A stretch of DNA of 64,000 nt from positions 30,876,001-30,940,000 of the forward strand of contig OX597839.1 in the NCBI GenBank assembly GCA_951406725.2, given 5' to 3'. Positions within the stretch are counted from its first letter, which is position 1. Every line of letters begins with the position of its first letter. A model generated the notes under the pieces. The model did not search any database, was not told the origin of the DNA, and saw nothing but the letters and a program-made list of their open reading frames with translations. The translations under genes and the position numbers were made by a program. Below are positions 59,541 to 64,000 of the stretch, piece by piece. This stretch comes from Octopus vulgaris (Eukaryota).

Positions 59541-60330
59541 GTGTTGCACTCAGAATCCACAATCCAACTGACAAACGCTATACCAGAAGCAAGCTTCTTA
59601 CCACACAGCCACTCCTATGCACATATATACATATATATAAAAGTAATTATTTGACTTTGGGTATATGCCTAATAGTATGTTTAAAGCACATTCACCGTTT
59701 GGGCTAGCTGATGTCGTCCACAGTTACAATGTAATTTTCATTGGATCTATATCAAGAAACCTGCAGAGTTTGTTGAGAAAATGGATTTAGTATGAATCTT
59801 TATTTAATGCGGCAATCATTTCGACCCATCCTGCAGCTGTCCCTTAGGGGTAGGATATTGTGCATCTAGTTGCGTTGCATCGATCGGTGCAGGCCGAGTC
59901 ACTTCAGGTGCTTTGTGTAGAAATAGCTGTCCCACCAGATAGACTGACACATTGTTCTCGCTCGTTGTATGTGGGTACACTCACAGAGGGTAGAATGATT
60001 GTAACTCGCAAATGAGATTGGTTATAGTTGACATTCAATATATAACATAAATTAAAATCATAAAGGATAGGGAAAAGAAAACTGTCAAAGAAAGTTAAAA
60101 TTAAGAAGGATGGCTATCCACTCGTAGACATGAACACATATATAGACATAAGCACACACACACACACACGTGTGTTGGTGAGTGAGTGTCATTTAATGTC
60201 CTATTAGTGGCAGACATCTGTTATCGCACACCCTGCTGTGTAGCAGATTCCATCATCAGTTACAGATGACTGCACATTAGGAGACACATATTTGTAAATA
60301 TACACAGACACATTCACATGTCTGTTTCTA

Positions 60331-61471
60331 TCAGGTTGTCTGGAAAGTTCTGAGTATTTTTTAATATGAAAAAAGGGATATAAATATTTGCCCTTTCAAT
60401 AAATTTTATTCATTGAAATAATTTCCATTATTATTAATGACTTTTGACCCTCTTTCAGGCAATTTAAATATTCCATCAGCACAAAATTTGGTTTTGAAGA
60501 AAAAAGTTATCTAGATGCATTTTGACTCCATCTAAATTGTTGAATGTTTTTCCTTGCAATGAGTTCTGTAAAGACGAAAACAAATGGTAATTGGATGGCG
60601 CTATATCAGGAGAATGTGGTGGATGGGGTAAGAGATGCCAGCCAGGTTCATGTAACTTTGTTCGAATAGCCCAAGACACATGTGGTCAGGCATAGTCATG
60701 TTGGGACACTACTCCTTTCCTGTTGGCAATCTCTGGCCTCAATTCTTGGATGTTTTGGCTCAAATTAGCCATCTGACGACAGTACACATCAGAATTAATG
60801 GTCTGGTTTTGTAAGAGAGGCCTTTATGATCCCACCAAACAAAAAGCATAGCTTTTTTTGGCATGGATGGTCATCTTTGGTTATTGTTTTGGGAGACCCT
60901 TTTCCACACCATGCTTTCGTACACAGTCCATCTTTCATCTCCAGTCACAAGTTGTTTCAAAACAGGCATGCTTTCATTCTGTTTCAAAAGCACACCGCAA
61001 ACGGAATACCGGTCCAAGCAATTCTTTTCTGAGAGTTTGTGAGGGACCCATACATTATAGCGAGAAATGTATCCTAGCTTCACTAAGTGCTCATGAGTAG
61101 TACTTTTAGAAACTTTCAACTCCTCTGCAAGTTCTTTAGTCGTGATATTTGAGTTTTCTTCGGTTTTTGCCTTCAAAATATCTTCATCCAATTTTGAAGG
61201 TCTTCTCTCTCTGCGACGGTCTTCTTCCAAGCTAAACTCTCCAGCTTTAAATCTTGCAAACCACCTTCGAACACTTGATTCACTTACAGCATCATCATCA
61301 CCATAAACTTCACAAATGTTTTTGCAAGTCTTTGCAGCATTTTCTGGAACTAAGAAGTGATGCATGACCACCTCAAGCAATGCCAAAATCTTAACTGTTA
61401 TGTTTCAGGTGTGTTCAATGAAGTGTTAAAAGATTTAACTTAAAAACGCTCACAATTTTCCAGATGACCAA
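60331..61471 (-). mobile_element. Decayed mariner transposon
   Basis: TA-flanked imperfect TIRs. ORFs 60871-61386 (WVPHKL, VTGDERW) and 60476-60679 (HPPHSPDIAPSNY). Confidence 0.93.
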
Positions 61472-61559
61472 TATTTGTTTTTGGTGGTAAGCTGCCACAC
61501 ACAAACTCAATGTGTGCAATGAATGTAAATAGTTGTGATATGTAGTTAAATCCTCATCA

Positions 61560-62830
61560 ACCGATTCATCTTTCAAAGAATCAAAGTGTGGAAATTAAGG
61601 GAATTGACGTTTTGAAATATTAGTCTTAACCAACACCAATTTCGAAATGAATGCAGTGACAAATGATTTCCGATGACTTATTCAAATGATTTAATTTTGT
61701 GAATATATATCACAACGAAAAAAGATACTGCATCTTGCAGCCATCAATGAAGCGGATAGTGGAATATCTTCAAAGAAAGATATGATTATATGAAACAGTT
61801 CAACAAAGCGTAAAACACGGTTTCCTTTTGACAGCCACCACACTTTGTTCTGGTATAAGAGTTTAGTATGGTCCTCAGCATTTCTCAGACAGAGTTGACA
61901 GAAAATTCGATCAGTCAAAGGACTGGACTCCAATTTGTTCACAGTCTTCATAACTAACTGTAGCGCATCATTCAATCTTCTGTTCATATTTTTTGCCCCA
62001 AAATGCTGCCGGTGTGCCAAGCAATGAACAGTTAGTATCTGGTGGGAAATTTCATTCTGTATCTTCCTATCATTGAAAGGACTCCATCAGACGCACAGGC
62101 AAGAATATTACCGAGTGGGATATTATGTTCAAAAAGGAAAGACTTGAGAGTATGAAAAAGAGTTGCGCCTTTTGAATCAAGCGACAATTTCTCTGTGAAC
62201 AGCATTTCCTCACATGGCTGAAGGTCTTCACTGAAATATCGAACATATACCATCATCAAATACTGATTGTCCACAACAATTGACTCATCCACTTGTATAG
62301 AAAATTCAGAATGCTGGAGGATATTAATGAGCTGATGTTTGACATCGTTAGCCATTTCATCAATGTGTTGAGAAACCATGTTAATACTAAATGGGATCTT
62401 CTTCATAATGTTATTGGGTTTTTCGTGCATAACGGTTGACAAAACCTCTTCGATAACCAGGCAAAGTAATGTTTCTCCAATTGTGTGAGACTTCCCAGAC
62501 TTTGCAACAAGCAATGCAATCAACCCGTCATTGTCCCGTTTACTAGTTTCCTGGAGCAGCGTGTTGAATGTTTGTGTTTGCTCTTTGAAAGAGGAGCTCA
62601 GTTGCAAAAAGTGTGATAACGGCTTGTCCTTCTTGTGAGAATGCTTTGCAACAAAGTGATACTTCAAGCGTGAAGGTTTAATTGCTTCGTTGGTCAATGT
62701 TTGATGGCAAAGAAGGCAGATTGGTAACCGACAGTTCTGAGGAGAAGGAATATATTGAAACAAACACTACTGTACTGTCGACAAATTCTCTTGACTGGAA
62801 ACATCAGTAAAGTGAAAATGTGAAAACGAA
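61560..62830 (-). mobile_element. Decayed hAT (Buster/Charlie; ZBED5/SCAND3-like) transposase
   Basis: BED-like CLLC...LKYHF..KH, HTIGETL, FSIQVDES, ASDG, HCLAHR and WLSKGN motifs across frameshifted ORFs 62032-62763 and 61691-62020. Possible 5' TIR at 63567-63585. Confidence 0.9.
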
Positions 62831-63714
62831 TTTCTGCGGACGGCGTCAGAGAGGTAGTATGGTATTCCCAAAGAGAAGTCAATAGAGCAGAGTCAGATGA
62901 CACGTCTTTACTGGAGCAAATACGGATCTAGTTCGTTTGGCTGCCAGCATTTCAAAAATTAAAGTTTATTGAAAATGTTAAAATTTGGCATATTAATGTA
63001 GCTTTCCAAGCTAAATTGCTGGGGTTCTTCAACTTTTTCCAGAAAAACATTTTAAAAAAGTTATAGAGGTTTAAAGTTTGATCATTTTCACCCAGTCAAG
63101 AAATACGATTTCAAAGCTGTCATTTTGTGCGGGATTGCAAATTTTGTCAACATCCTGAAAATAGCACTTGTGATTTGATATGAAACCACAGAATTAGACA
63201 CAACATGTAACTCCTCATAACTTTTTTATTTTTCGGAGTTTTCGGAAATTTTTTGAGGGACTACCATTATGCAAAAAAAAAAACAAAAAAAAAACGTGAT
63301 TTAAGGCCTAGGCCTATTTGGCTGCTATTTTTAGCTCATATGACGACCACCTCAATGACTGTGCAACAAAAATATTTCATCGATAAATAAGTCCACTTTT
63401 TTAATACAAGTAGTCAAATCGATAAAAGTGCATCCTTATTCTAGGCTTGCTTAGATATCAGTAAATGCAGGCTTGATTTCTAAAAATTCATTGTCACCCA
63501 CGAAATGTTCACATCGCCCACCATTTTCTAGAAATTTGCCCATCACCCACCTGCAAGTTGAAAACTCCCACTTTGGGAAGCTATGGGTCACCAAACTTTT
63601 ATCATAGTGGGCCAGATATAGCTAAAAGAATGCCAAGGGTGGGCCGGATAAATATTTTGTTCAATTAAGTACAACATAGAATACACTGAATGTACACAAA
63701 CGATAAAGACAGTC

Positions 63715-64000
63715 AACCTGTTTATTTAGCAATACATAAAATTGTCAAGAAGGCTGAGGGTGTCTTGGCATCACTCACCAAATCCTTTGTGAGCCGCTCT
63801 CCGGCTATCTATCTGCGGCTTTATATAGCTATGGTAAGACCTCACCTGAAATTTGCATCACCGGTCTGGAACCCCTATCTTGCCCAACCAAAAGAATACC
63901 CTCCATCAGGCATTTGCCATATCCTGAACGCCTTACTTCCCTGGGCATGGACACATTGAAACTCCGACGTCTGGCAGCTGACTTGGCAGACACCCATAAA
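63715..64000 (+). mobile_element. CR1/L2-group LINE RT C-terminal fragment
   Basis: LRLYIAMVRPHLKFASPVWNPYL motif. Runs off the window end. Confidence 0.8.

Overview
Repeat-dense eukaryotic DNA. The tRNA-SINE, RTE, Dong/R4, Penelope and (TA)n content suggests a coleoid cephalopod (octopus), though this is inferred from repeats only. I can support one host gene: a two-coding-exon, 349-aa FAM83/DUF1669-like protein (29213-29956 + 35890-36195, +). It keeps a complete PLD/Nuc-type HxKxxxxD...GSxN...NxE active-site signature, unlike most vertebrate pseudo-PLD FAM83 proteins. About 480 bp past its stop codon is a perfect 116-bp-arm palindrome carrying a minimal type I hammerhead ribozyme on each strand, just ahead of the first canonical AATAAA. 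A TSD-flanked 485-bp element at 13417-13901 (356-nt period, hammerhead-like core) resembles a retrozyme or non-autonomous Penelope insertion. The rest is decayed mariner and hAT transposons, MITEs, LINE fragments, SINEs and microsatellites. An ~8.5-kb duplication around a 100-N gap is probably an assembly artefact. Boundaries of old repeats are approximate, and all family assignments come from motifs recognised by eye.
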